The translations under genes and the position numbers were made by a program. Below are positions 51,634 through 61,609 of a stretch of 64,000 bases of DNA, one piece after another. Each line of letters starts with the position of its first letter. Position 1 is the first letter of the stretch. Origin of the DNA: an uncultured SAR86 cluster bacterium (GTDB taxonomy: Bacteria > Pseudomonadota > Gammaproteobacteria > Magnimaribacterales > D2472); contig CACJSU010000004.1 in NCBI GenBank assembly GCA_902596165.1, positions 35,864 through 99,863 on the forward strand, in the 5' to 3' direction. The notes under the pieces are model-generated. The model saw only the letters and a program-made list of their open reading frames with translations, ran no database searches and was not told the origin of the DNA.

Positions 51634-53403
51634 ATGAGTTGGGTTAAGAATCGAGAAGAATTTAAGCAAGCAGCTCTTTCAACAGCTAGAGCTGTATCAA
51701 AAAATCAAAACTTAGAAAGCACCTCACAGGCCTCTACTCGTCCGCCATCTTCATCTCAAATTTCTTTGCATTATCCACCTAGATCATCTTCCCAAATCGA
51801 TGCCTGGAGAGGTGAAGGAGATTTCCAAGCATTTTGGCACGCATTTCATAAAGAATATCCATCTTTGAAGATGCCAAAAATTGCTAGAGATTTCTATGCT
51901 GAGCTTGAGCTCTCTAGGGTTGAAATGGTTGGGGGTGATAAATTTCCAGGTGCTAAGATTAACTTAAATGCTTATCTAAACACTCAAGCCAAAAAAGCAA
52001 TAGATAATAAAGTTCCGCCATTAAATCCATTGGCTGCAAATCTTTGGTTAAAACAGCTGAATGGGGAAAGCTTGCAAGAAGACAGCAAAAATACTGTAAA
52101 TGCCTTTCTTTCATCTATCCCTATAAGCATTGATCATATTGGCAAAAAGTTAATTGAAGCTCAGAACTCTCAAGAAGATTTTCAATCTATAGCAATAGAT
52201 CTAATGAGAGATTTAGATTTGATGCATGAACCAGAAACAAAAGGCGATCAAGAATCAATTGAGGAAGAGCCAATTCCAGAAGAGCCTCAAGATTCTAGAG
52301 AGCATCAACAAGAATCTGAAGAGGATCTTCAAGAACACAGCATGGAATCTAAGCCAGAGGGAGAAGCTGGAGAGGAGGCTGAAATGCTTGAAGAGGCTCA
52401 GGCACCAATTGATTCAATGTCTATTGATGAAGAAATAGACTTAACAAGGAATTTTAATCAAGACATAGACCATACCTCTTATGAGGACTATAAAATTTTT
52501 ACTACTCAATTTGACGAAGTTATAAATGCTATTGAGTTAGCAACTCCTGAAGAGTCTCAAAGATTAAGAATGCAATTAGACCAGCTAATTGCCCCCCATC
52601 AAACAACGATTGGAAAATTAGCGAATAGATTACAGAGACTTCTTCAAGCTCAACAAAATAGAAGTTGGAACTATAACCTTGAGGAGGGTTTGCTAGATAC
52701 TGCACAATTACACAGAGTTATTACTAGGCCTGGTGACCCATTAAGTTTCAAGCAAGAAAGTGAAAGTAAATTCAAAGATACAATTGTCTCTTTGTTAATA
52801 GATAGCTCGGGCTCTATGAGGGGTCGATCAATGACTTTGGCAGCAATTTGTGGAGATATTATTGGAAGTACTTTAGAGAGGTGTTATGTAAAAACAGAGT
52901 TATTGGGATTTACCACAAAACACTGGAAAGGAGGTGATTCTAGAAAATCTTGGGTCAATCAAGGCAGTCCTTCAAATCCAGGTCGCTTAAATGATTTGCG
53001 ACATATTATTTTTAAATCAGCTGATGAAAATTTTAGAAAGGCAAGAAAGAGCTTCGGGATAATGCTTCGAGAAGGTTTATTAAAGGAAAATGTAGATGGC
53101 GAAGCTTTGGCTTGGGCACATAAAAGATTAATTAAGCGTAACGAGGAAAGAAAAATTTTGATAGTTATCTCTGATGGAGCCCCTGTAGACGATAGCACCC
53201 TATCAACGAACCATAGTAATTTTTTAGACAATCACTTACGCCAAATTATTTCTTCTATTGAAACTCAGAGCAATGTAGAGCTGCTCGCAATTGGTATTGG
53301 CCATGATGTGACTAAATACTATGATAAATCAATCACCATTAATAGAGCCGAAGAGTTAGCAGAAGCTTTGCTTGATAAATTGACAGAACTTTTCAATGAT
53401 TAA
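51634..53403 (+). CDS. cobT: CobT-type vWA protein (cobaltochelatase subunit family)
   Basis: Acidic linker; [10 protein letters not shown] (MIDAS), [32 protein letters not shown]. Confidence 0.92.
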   Translation: MSWVKNREEFKQAALSTARAVSKNQNLESTSQASTRPPSSSQISLHYPPRSSSQIDAWRGEGDFQAFWHAFHKEYPSLKMPKIARDFYAELELSRVEMVGGDKFPGAKINLNAYLNTQAKKAIDNKVPPLNPLAANLWLKQLNGESLQEDSKNTVNAFLSSIPISIDHIGKKLIEAQNSQEDFQSIAIDLMRDLDLMHEPETKGDQESIEEEPIPEEPQDSREHQQESEEDLQEHSMESKPEGEAGEEAEMLEEAQAPIDSMSIDEEIDLTRNFNQDIDHTSYEDYKIFTTQFDEVINAIELATPEESQRLRMQLDQLIAPHQTTIGKLANRLQRLLQAQQNRSWNYNLEEGLLDTAQLHRVITRPGDPLSFKQESESKFKDTIVSLLIDSSGSMRGRSMTLAAICGDIIGSTLERCYVKTELLGFTTKHWKGGDSRKSWVNQGSPSNPGRLNDLRHIIFKSADENFRKARKSFGIMLREGLLKENVDGEALAWAHKRLIKRNEERKILIVISDGAPVDDSTLSTNHSNFLDNHLRQIISSIETQSNVELLAIGIGHDVTKYYDKSITINRAEELAEALLDKLTELFND

Positions 53404-53423
53404 AAAAAGGCTTATAATTGATA

Positions 53424-53442
53424 ATGTTTACAGTGTAAACAT
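53424..53442. promoter_or_regulatory. Perfect operator-like palindrome ATGTTTACA-G-TGTAAACAT
   Basis: 9-1-9 inverted repeat just downstream of TATAAT (53413-53418), 21 nt before the ATG of the di-iron gene. Confidence 0.7.
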
Positions 53443-53463
53443 AAAAAAATTGTCGAGGGGAAT

Positions 53464-54585
53464 ATGAAAATTACCAAAACAGACGGCCCACCAAAAGAAA
53501 TTCTAACTTTTGATACTTTGGCTGTAGAAAATGAATTAAACCTTACGCCTGATCAAGTAGAGGATGTCGCGGAGATATTTAATACTCCATTAACAGGGGC
53601 ATATAATTGGGATTATACAGTTGCTGATAACAGAATTAAGAAACTCTATGAACTTGGAAAAGAATTAAACTGGAACGGCTCGATTGATCTAAACTGGGAT
53701 TACACCCATCCTGCTGATGAAAAACTGGTTGAAGCTGATGAGCAGCTTCCCCATGAAACTCTTGAAGCATATGAAAATTTAAGCGAAGAAGAAAAAATTG
53801 AATTTGATCGTCACGACACAGCTGAATTATTAAGTCAATTTCTCCATGGTGAGCAAGGAGCTCTGCTTGTTGCGTCTCAACTAACCTCATGCGCTCCTAC
53901 TTACAATGCTAAATTATATGCTGCATCTCAAACGTTTGATGAAGCCAGACATGTTGAGGTATTCAATAGATATCTTCAAGAAAAAATAGGCATGCACTAT
54001 CCTATTAACAAAAATCTAAAGTTGTTGTTGGATAAAATTCTTACTGATGAAAGATGGGACCTTAAATTTATTGGTATGCAGATTATCATAGAAGGTCTAG
54101 CTCTTGCAGCCTTCCAGATGCTTAAAGGCCTCTCAAAAGACCCACTATTAACTCAACTTTTACATTATGTGATTCGAGACGAAGCAAGACATGTTACTTT
54201 TGGAATTAATTACCTAGAAGACTTTATTAAAACCTTAACTCCAGAAGAAATTGAAGATAGAGCAGAATTTGCATACGAAGCATGTGTCATCTCAAGAGAA
54301 AGGCTCATCAACACAAAAGCAATGCAAAAATACTTAAAAATGTCTGAAGATGAAGCTAGAGAATTTGCCTTATCAACTTCAGCTAATACGACTTTCAGAA
54401 ATTTCTTGTTCTCAAGAATTATGCCCAATCTTTCAAGAATAGGCTTATTAACAGATAATGTTAGACCAAAATTTGAGGCACTGGGATTACTAGAGTATGA
54501 AAATGCTCCAGATGATTTTGAATGTGACTGGGATGAACTCGAAAAACCTTTAGAAAAATTTGGTGAAATTCCTCAAGCCATCTAA
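53464..54585 (+). CDS. Ferritin-like di-iron carboxylate protein (AurF/N-oxygenase-like)
   Basis: GEQGAL…DEARH…IIEGLA…DEARH ligand set; no signal peptide; RBS GAGGGG. Confidence 0.85.
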   Translation: MKITKTDGPPKEILTFDTLAVENELNLTPDQVEDVAEIFNTPLTGAYNWDYTVADNRIKKLYELGKELNWNGSIDLNWDYTHPADEKLVEADEQLPHETLEAYENLSEEEKIEFDRHDTAELLSQFLHGEQGALLVASQLTSCAPTYNAKLYAASQTFDEARHVEVFNRYLQEKIGMHYPINKNLKLLLDKILTDERWDLKFIGMQIIIEGLALAAFQMLKGLSKDPLLTQLLHYVIRDEARHVTFGINYLEDFIKTLTPEEIEDRAEFAYEACVISRERLINTKAMQKYLKMSEDEAREFALSTSANTTFRNFLFSRIMPNLSRIGLLTDNVRPKFEALGLLEYENAPDDFECDWDELEKPLEKFGEIPQAI

Positions 54586-55798
54586 TCAAATTATTGTTGG
54601 GTTATTATTTTATAGTAGCTCCCTATTCTCTGCCGTTCAGATTATTCAACCATCTGAAAATGCTTATGAAGAAATTCAAGAGGCATTTATTTTAGCCGAA
54701 CCAGGCGATGTCATTAGACTCACATCAGGCACATACAATCTTCAAGACTCTCTATCGCTCGATGTTGAGGGAGTCCAGGTCGAGGGAGAAGGAATGGATC
54801 AAACAGTTCTTAACTTTGCCGACCAACAAAGTGGCGCCCAAGGACTTAGCGTTACTTCAGATAACGTAACTCTTCAAGATTTCTCCATACAAAATGCTAA
54901 AGGCGATGCAATTAAAGTTAAAGGCGTTACCAATATCAAGTTCTTGAGGGTAAAAACTGAATGGACAAATGGGCCCAGCCCAGAAAATGGTGCCTATGGT
55001 CTATATCCGGTGGAATCGACTAATGTATTGATTGATGGATGTGTGGCAATAGGTGCATCTGATGCAGGAATCTATGTAGGGCAATCAAAAAATATCATTG
55101 TTCGTAATAGTAGGGCTGAATTTAATGTGGCTGGGATTGAAATTGAAAATTCTTACTATGCAGATGTTTTTAATAATATTGCTACCAATAACACTGGTGG
55201 AATATTGGTTTTTGATTTACCTGGCTTACCTCAGCAAGGTGGGCATCATGTAAGAGTCTTTAATAATCGCTCTGTTGGAAATAACACTGATAACTTTGCT
55301 CCAGAAGGAAATATAGTAGGAGAAGTTCCCAGAGGCACTGGAATCATTGTTCAGGCAAATTCAGATGTAGAAATTTTTAATAATGAAATTGGCAATAATG
55401 ATACGGTTAACATTGCGGTGGTAACTTATGGCAACGAAACGGATGATAAGGCTTATTATCCTCATCCTAAATCTATTCAAATTCATGGTAATAAGTTTGG
55501 TCCTACTGGTTACAATCCCGATACAAGCAAGGGAGAATTAGCTCAAATCCTTTTTGATCTTTCAGGCGGCAACATGCCAGATATCTTTTGGGATGGCTTA
55601 TTGCCAATATCCCAACTTATTTTTGGACAGCCTGAAAATGAAAAAATGATAATAAGCAACAATGGAGATGCTTCATTGCTTGCTATTAAACCTATTGGTT
55701 ATATGGTTCCTTTCTTAGAGCCTGCAATACTAGATATTAATGAATTTCATGGAGAAATCTCACCGCTGGCAAAAGTTGAGTTTGATGAAAATTTTTAG
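54563..55798 (+). CDS. Exported parallel beta-helix repeat protein (TIGR03805-like)
   Basis: Signal peptide; NGAYGLYPV, GASDAGIYVGQS, NVAGIEIENS, NNTGGILVFDLP, NFAPEGNIV. Confidence 0.85.
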   Translation: MKFLKPSNQIIVGLLFYSSSLFSAVQIIQPSENAYEEIQEAFILAEPGDVIRLTSGTYNLQDSLSLDVEGVQVEGEGMDQTVLNFADQQSGAQGLSVTSDNVTLQDFSIQNAKGDAIKVKGVTNIKFLRVKTEWTNGPSPENGAYGLYPVESTNVLIDGCVAIGASDAGIYVGQSKNIIVRNSRAEFNVAGIEIENSYYADVFNNIATNNTGGILVFDLPGLPQQGGHHVRVFNNRSVGNNTDNFAPEGNIVGEVPRGTGIIVQANSDVEIFNNEIGNNDTVNIAVVTYGNETDDKAYYPHPKSIQIHGNKFGPTGYNPDTSKGELAQILFDLSGGNMPDIFWDGLLPISQLIFGQPENEKMIISNNGDASLLAIKPIGYMVPFLEPAILDINEFHGEISPLAKVEFDENF

Positions 55799-56822
55799 AC
55801 AATCTTCTTTACTATTTTTTTTTATAGTCTGTTTTTCATCTCAAGCAGAAGGTGCTATTGAAAAAGATTTAAAAAATTTCTCTAAAGCACCAAAATTCTT
55901 ATCAGAATTTGGATTCTTTGAAGATATGAAAAATCAAATTCCAGCCGCAAGTGTTCACCCCTACTCTTTGGTTAGTCCCTTATTTTCAGACGAAACAGAC
56001 AAGCTTCGTTTTGTATATGTACCTGAAGGAGAAAAATTAGGCTATGTAAAAAATAAAGTTTTTATCTTTCCTGTTGGATCAACTTTAATAAAGACCTTCG
56101 CCTACTTAAATAAGAATAGTCACTTAGAGCAACAATTGCTTGAAACTCGCTTATTAATCAATACCAATGAGGGCTGGAAGGCAATTAGCTATGTTTGGAA
56201 TGAGGAGCAAACTGATGCTAAGAGAGCCATAGCAGGGGCTACCATCCCGACTTCTTTTATAAACTCTCAAGGAGAACTGACAGCTGTTCGATATCGAGCT
56301 CCTAACCAGAATCAGTGCAAGGAATGTCATCAAGCCAATAAAGTTATGACTCCAATCGGCCCCAAAGCAAGAAATATGAATAAGGTGTTGGACTATCAAT
56401 CAGGTGAAATGAATCAATTACTTTATTGGGCGGCGCTAGGATGGATTGATCAAAAACTTGACTCAACAACTATCTCAAGTTATGAGGATATCAATGCATC
56501 TTTGAATGAAAGAGCTCGAGCCTACCTTGATATTAATTGTGGGCATTGTCATATTCCCGGAGGCTCTGCAGACACTACAGGTTTATATTTAAATTTCACT
56601 GAAATAAACCAAGAGAAGCTTGGAATATATAAAAAACCAGTCGCAGCAGGCCGAGCAAGTGGAAATTTAAAATACTCAATAGTTCCTGGTCATTCTGATA
56701 AATCAATTATGCTTTTTAGAATGAAGTCATTAGATCCAGGAATCATGATGCCAGAATCAGGAAGAGCATTAGCAGACGATGCTGGAATTAAACTAATAAG
56801 TGACTGGATAGATAAGCTCTAG
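55785..56822 (+). CDS. Exported diheme c-type cytochrome (SO2930/TIGR03806-like)
   Basis: Signal peptide from ATG 55785; PLFSD…KLRF, FPVG, LETRLL, two CxxCH (CKECH, CGHCH), MMPE. Confidence 0.85.
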   Translation: MKIFRQSSLLFFFIVCFSSQAEGAIEKDLKNFSKAPKFLSEFGFFEDMKNQIPAASVHPYSLVSPLFSDETDKLRFVYVPEGEKLGYVKNKVFIFPVGSTLIKTFAYLNKNSHLEQQLLETRLLINTNEGWKAISYVWNEEQTDAKRAIAGATIPTSFINSQGELTAVRYRAPNQNQCKECHQANKVMTPIGPKARNMNKVLDYQSGEMNQLLYWAALGWIDQKLDSTTISSYEDINASLNERARAYLDINCGHCHIPGGSADTTGLYLNFTEINQEKLGIYKKPVAAGRASGNLKYSIVPGHSDKSIMLFRMKSLDPGIMMPESGRALADDAGIKLISDWIDKL

Positions 56823-56885
56823 TCTTTAAATTTGTCTATAAGACCATAAATAATTGATAATAGCCCTTAAAATTGGAGATTTTAC

Positions 56886-57626
56886 ATGTCTAAACACTCT
56901 GCATTGAATACTTTTGGAAGGTCTGGAAATCCAGCCTTTACAAGAAATTTTGAAAATAATGAAGTCTTTTCTCAGTCTGAGCGAATGACACTTGATGGAG
57001 CTGTAAACAAAACAGCTATTTTGCTGGCATTATGTTTTGCAGGGGCCTTCGCGGGTTGGAATGTTCCAGCCTTAGCTATGCCTGGTTTAATAATAGGAAC
57101 TATTCTTGCTTTTGTAACAATATTTAGAAGTCCGGCTAAGGCTGGGAGTACTGCTCCATTTTATGCAGCTTTTGAAGGCATGGCTCTTGGAGGCATAACG
57201 GTCTTTGCAGAAATGCAATATCCTGGAATTGGAATTCAGGCTATTGGGCTGACATTTGGAATTCTTGCCTCTTTGTTATTTTGCTATAAAAGCGGAATTA
57301 TTAAGCCAACTGAAAATTTTAGATTAATGCTTTTTTCAGCAACGATGGGCATTATGCTTTTGTATCTGGTTAGCTTCATCATGTCCTTTTTTGGTGCTGG
57401 AATTGGCTTTATCCACTCTAATGGATTATTTGGAATTGGTTTCTCTTTATTTGTTGTTGGTATAGCAGCGCTAAATCTTGTTCTAGATTTTGATTTTATA
57501 GAAGAAGGCGCTGAACAAGGTCTGCCAAAGTACATGGAGTGGTATGGAGCCTTCTCACTTATGGTTACATTAGTTTGGTTATATATAGAAATATTGCGCT
57601 TACTGATGAAGCTTAGAAGCAGATAA
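56886..57626 (+). CDS. Bax inhibitor-1/YccA family membrane protein
   Basis: SGNPAF, MTLDG…KT, LDFDFIE, TLVWLYIEILRLL; own promoter-like TTGTCT-N18-GATAAT and RBS GGAG. Confidence 0.9.
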   Translation: MSKHSALNTFGRSGNPAFTRNFENNEVFSQSERMTLDGAVNKTAILLALCFAGAFAGWNVPALAMPGLIIGTILAFVTIFRSPAKAGSTAPFYAAFEGMALGGITVFAEMQYPGIGIQAIGLTFGILASLLFCYKSGIIKPTENFRLMLFSATMGIMLLYLVSFIMSFFGAGIGFIHSNGLFGIGFSLFVVGIAALNLVLDFDFIEEGAEQGLPKYMEWYGAFSLMVTLVWLYIEILRLLMKLRSR

Positions 57627-57627
57627 A

Positions 57628-57837
57628 GTGAATACAATTCTTTTTGGAATCCTTACTATCGTTTCGCTGTTTATTTTTATGAACCTGGGTAAAATTAAAG
57701 CCTCAAAAAAGCAAATGGATCGTGAGGATCGCATTAATTGGGGTGGTAGACGCAGATCAAATTTGAAAAAGAATAGAGGCAGCTCAACTATTATTGAAGG
57801 CAAAGCTGAGGAAGTTGACGATGAAACAAAAAAGTAA
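57628..57837 (+). CDS. Small single-TM hypothetical protein (69 aa)
   Basis: GTG start 1 nt after the preceding stop, overlaps next gene; N-terminal TM followed by charged tail. Confidence 0.6.
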   Translation: MNTILFGILTIVSLFIFMNLGKIKASKKQMDREDRINWGGRRRSNLKKNRGSSTIIEGKAEEVDDETKK

Positions 57838-60211
57838 ATTCTTTTTCATAATTGCTTTTGTATCTCTGAGTAATTTTACTTTTTCACAAATTGATCAGTC
57901 TAAAGGCTCTTTCGAAGATAAATTCAGGCAATTAGATGAAGCTTTCCCTTCTCCAAATTTAAGCAGGCCTGCAACAGGTGAGCCTGGTCCAAGTTATTGG
58001 CAGCAGAGAGCCGACTATAAAATAAAAATTAAACTTGATGAAGTATCTAGAAGCGTTCAAGGCTCAGAAGTCATCACCTACACAAATAATTCTCCATTAA
58101 AGTTGAATTATGTTTGGTTACAGCTAGATCAAAATATCTTTGATAAGGACTCTATTAATAATCTTACTCGTCCATGGTGGGGAGGAAATAAAAGCGTAGA
58201 CTTCTCTACTTTAAGGAGACAAAACTTTATGGATAATTTTAATGGAGGGATGCAAGAGCTCTCTATTAAAGTAAACGGAGAAGATGCCGCAATTAATATG
58301 GTTGGAACACATGTTCGTATTAATCTTGATGAGCCATTAAATACAGGCGAATCAATCAGGCTAGAAATTGATTGGGCATATGCTTTGGTAGAAGAGAATG
58401 CCGTCAGAGCTAGAAATGGATATGAGTCATTTGAAGATGGAAATGATATCTTCTTATTGGCTCAATGGTACCCAAGAATAACTGTATTTAGCGACTATGA
58501 AGGCTGGCACAACAAAGAGTTTATAGGTAATGGTGAGTTTACCTTGGAGTTTGGAGATTTTGAAGTTGATATTACTGTTCCCGCTGATCATATAGTCGCT
58601 GCAACCGGTACCCTTCAAAATCAAGACGATGTACTAAGTAACATTCAGAAAAGAAGACTTAAAAAAGCTGAAAAATCTTCGAAGCCTATTTTCATTGTTA
58701 CTCCTGATGAAGCCTATGATAATGAGCTAGAAAAAAGTACAGAGTACAAGACTTGGTCTTTTAAGGCTGAGAATGTGCGAGACTTTGCTTGGGCAAGTTC
58801 AAGAAAATTTATTTGGGATGCTGCTGGCTATAAGCAAGACTCGGCAGATAATCCCTTGGTTATGGCCATGTCTTTTTACCCGAATGAAGGAGAGCCTTTA
58901 TGGTCAAAATACTCAACTGAAGCTGTAATGCATACCATGGAAGTCTATTCAAAGTATTCATTTGATTACCCCTATCCAACCGCTCAAAGCGTTAATGGTC
59001 CAGTTGGCGGAATGGAATACCCAATGATCACCTTTAATGGCCCTAGAACTGAATTAGAGGATGATGGGTCAAGAACATATTCAAGAAGTGAAAAAGAATT
59101 TCTAATCGGGGTAGTTATTCATGAGATTGGTCATATCTATTTTCCCATGATCGTTAATTCAGACGAAAGACAGTGGACTTGGATGGATGAGGGCCTCAAT
59201 ACATTTTTACAGTACCTGGCTGAGCAGGAATGGGATATTAACTATCGATCTGATCGAGGTGAGCCTAGATGGATTACTGATTACATGTCTAGCAATTATC
59301 AGGTTCCCATAATGACAAATTCAGAATCATTATTGCAATTTGGAAACAATGCTTATGCAAAGCCTGCAACGGCTCTTGTTGTTCTGCGTGAAACAATCCT
59401 TGGAAGAGAATTATTTGATCAAGCTTTCAGGGAATATTCCCAGCGCTGGAAATTTAAAAGGCCCACTCCTTATGACTTCTTTAGAACCATGGAAGAAGCT
59501 TCCGGAGTAGATTTAGACTGGTTCTGGAGAGGCTGGTTTTACAGCACAGATCATGTTGATATTGCTTTAGAAAATATTCATATTGCCTCATTAGATACAC
59601 TAAATCCTCAAATTGATTTAGCGAAAGATCGAGTAGATTTTGAGAAAGAGCCAGAAATTCTTCATGACAATAGAAACAACCAATCAGGAATTAAAACGAG
59701 AGTTGAAGCAAGGCCCGAACTTCTTGATATTTATGATGAATATGATGAATTTACTCCTTCGGACAGAGAGATGAGAGATTATGAAGAAATTCTTGATGAT
59801 CTATATGACAAAAATGACAGCGATCCTGAGTGGAAAAAGAAAGCATTAGTTGAGGCACTTGCAAAAGAAGAAGACTACTATATTTTTGAATTCACAAATA
59901 AGGGTGGATTGATTATGCCAATCCCTCTTGAACTTACCTATGAGAATGGAATGAAGGAACTCATAAGAATACCAGTTGAAATTTGGAGAAAAAATCCTAA
60001 TAGAACAAGATGGTTAAAACGTTCTAAGTTAAAAATTATTCAGGCAGTAATTGATCCCTACTGGGAAATTGGTGATACGGAAATTGAGAATAACTATTAT
60101 CCTACCCGACTCATTCCTGCAAGATTGAAACCGCGCGCATCAAGAAGCAACCCAAAAAATTTGATGCAAGATCTACTCAATAGAAATAAAAAAATTACAT
60201 CTCATAACTAG
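57821..60211 (+). CDS. M1 family zinc metalloaminopeptidase (secreted)
   Basis: Signal peptide from ATG 57821; GGMEYP, HEIGH…WMDEG, YAKPA. Confidence 0.92.
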   Translation: MKQKSKFFFIIAFVSLSNFTFSQIDQSKGSFEDKFRQLDEAFPSPNLSRPATGEPGPSYWQQRADYKIKIKLDEVSRSVQGSEVITYTNNSPLKLNYVWLQLDQNIFDKDSINNLTRPWWGGNKSVDFSTLRRQNFMDNFNGGMQELSIKVNGEDAAINMVGTHVRINLDEPLNTGESIRLEIDWAYALVEENAVRARNGYESFEDGNDIFLLAQWYPRITVFSDYEGWHNKEFIGNGEFTLEFGDFEVDITVPADHIVAATGTLQNQDDVLSNIQKRRLKKAEKSSKPIFIVTPDEAYDNELEKSTEYKTWSFKAENVRDFAWASSRKFIWDAAGYKQDSADNPLVMAMSFYPNEGEPLWSKYSTEAVMHTMEVYSKYSFDYPYPTAQSVNGPVGGMEYPMITFNGPRTELEDDGSRTYSRSEKEFLIGVVIHEIGHIYFPMIVNSDERQWTWMDEGLNTFLQYLAEQEWDINYRSDRGEPRWITDYMSSNYQVPIMTNSESLLQFGNNAYAKPATALVVLRETILGRELFDQAFREYSQRWKFKRPTPYDFFRTMEEASGVDLDWFWRGWFYSTDHVDIALENIHIASLDTLNPQIDLAKDRVDFEKEPEILHDNRNNQSGIKTRVEARPELLDIYDEYDEFTPSDREMRDYEEILDDLYDKNDSDPEWKKKALVEALAKEEDYYIFEFTNKGGLIMPIPLELTYENGMKELIRIPVEIWRKNPNRTRWLKRSKLKIIQAVIDPYWEIGDTEIENNYYPTRLIPARLKPRASRSNPKNLMQDLLNRNKKITSHN

Positions 60212-60216
60212 ATAAA

Positions 60217-61038
60217 ATGTATGTTGCAATAGACTTCGGCATATCTAATACTGATTTAGCAATTTCTGACCAAGGCAAAATTGTATTTCATACCACTCCC
60301 TCGCAATCTTCAGAAATTAATGCTGATACTTTGAAAAATATATTAAAAAAGCATGAAATTGATATCTCAAACTTAAAGAAAATTGGGGTTACTGGGGGCA
60401 AATCATCAGACCTGGATGATGCATTGGATGGAGTAAAAATTGCGAAAATTAATGAAATTGATGCAATTGGCTTAGGAGCAAAAAAACTCTATGGCATTGG
60501 GGAGGAATCTGTCCTTGTTGTTAGTGCTGGTACAGGAACTGCTTGTGTTCATGTTCAAGGCAATAATTTTAATCATTTAGGTGGTATTGCGGTTGGAGGA
60601 GGCATGCTTGAAGGTCTTGGTTCCCTTCTATTTAAAAATTCAAATGGTCTTGAAATTAATGAATTTGCTAACAGTGGATCTAGAGCTAAACTAGATTTGT
60701 TAATTGGAGATGTGGTGAATAAGATAGGCAATCTCTCGCCAGAGATAACTGCTGTTAATTTTGGCCAGGCAAAGAGCTCATCAGCAGATACCATGGAAAA
60801 TACTGCGGCAGCATTATGTAATATGGTAGGTGAGGTTATTGGAACTGTGGCCTATTTAAACTCATTGCTAGTTGGATCGGATAAAGCTTGTTTCCTAGGA
60901 AGAACATCTTATCTTTCACAAATTATTGATGGGATCAATGAAAGGTTACAACTAGCTGGAATCAAGGGGCAATATAATGATAATCGAGAATATGGCAACG
61001 TCATCGGAGTCCTAGAAAGTATCGAGTCAAACTCCTAG
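60217..61038 (+). CDS. coaW: Type II (Fumble/CoaW-like) pantothenate kinase
   Basis: DFGISNTD, GVTGGKS, NEIDA, SAGTGT, GGIAVGGG, LDLLIGD, NFG. Confidence 0.78.
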   Translation: MYVAIDFGISNTDLAISDQGKIVFHTTPSQSSEINADTLKNILKKHEIDISNLKKIGVTGGKSSDLDDALDGVKIAKINEIDAIGLGAKKLYGIGEESVLVVSAGTGTACVHVQGNNFNHLGGIAVGGGMLEGLGSLLFKNSNGLEINEFANSGSRAKLDLLIGDVVNKIGNLSPEITAVNFGQAKSSSADTMENTAAALCNMVGEVIGTVAYLNSLLVGSDKACFLGRTSYLSQIIDGINERLQLAGIKGQYNDNREYGNVIGVLESIESNS

Positions 61039-61049
61039 AGGTATATGGC

Positions 61050-61541
61050 CTAAAGTAACTCTATAATTTTAGAGACACAAGAATGCAAATCTTCAGTATT
61101 GCTGACTATGTGATGAGAGTATTTATTATACAATTCCTGCCTTTCTTCAAATGCATCTTCAATAGATTGGCTAGGAGCTTTTGCAAAGCCTCTATCGTGG
61201 AAACTTGGAACCCTCTCTAGAATTTCGCCAAAGGAGACATCTAAAAATATTACTTTTGAATTCTGCTGGATATGTTTCATTGCTTCATCACTATAAACAG
61301 CACTTCCGCCAGTTGAGAGAATAATTTCTTTGAAGTGAAGATTTTTAAGCACTGAATTCTCTATTTCTCTAAGTTTAATATAGCCCTCATCATCGAGAAT
61401 CTTTTGCAAACTTTTCCCTTGCTGCTCTTCTATTAGAAGATCGCTATCAATTAATCTAAAATTTAGGATATTTGCTAGCTCTCTCCCTACAGTGGACTTG
61501 CCGGCCCCAGCCATTCCTATTAGTGATATTGAATTTTTCAT
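61050..61541 (-). CDS. aroK: Shikimate kinase
   Basis: IGMAGAGKSTVG, DSD, STGGS, ER..LY. Confidence 0.9.
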   Translation of the reverse strand: MKNSISLIGMAGAGKSTVGRELANILNFRLIDSDLLIEEQQGKSLQKILDDEGYIKLREIENSVLKNLHFKEIILSTGGSAVYSDEAMKHIQQNSKVIFLDVSFGEILERVPSFHDRGFAKAPSQSIEDAFEERQELYNKYSHHIVSNTEDLHSCVSKIIELL

Positions 61542-61609
61542 TTTTCGTGCTGTACTATAAACCTTTCTGAGTTAAATTTTATAAAAATATAATACATAGT
61601 TACATTTCA

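Noticed and set aside
52200-52460. GAA/GAG-rich low-complexity stretch
   Set aside because: Encodes the normal acidic linker of CobT, not a DNA repeat element
53414-56861. Identical 12-mer ATAATTGATAAT at 53414-53425 and 56850-56861, resembling half a Fur box
   Set aside because: No matching inverted half-site at either position; more simply explained as -10 promoter elements in AT-rich DNA
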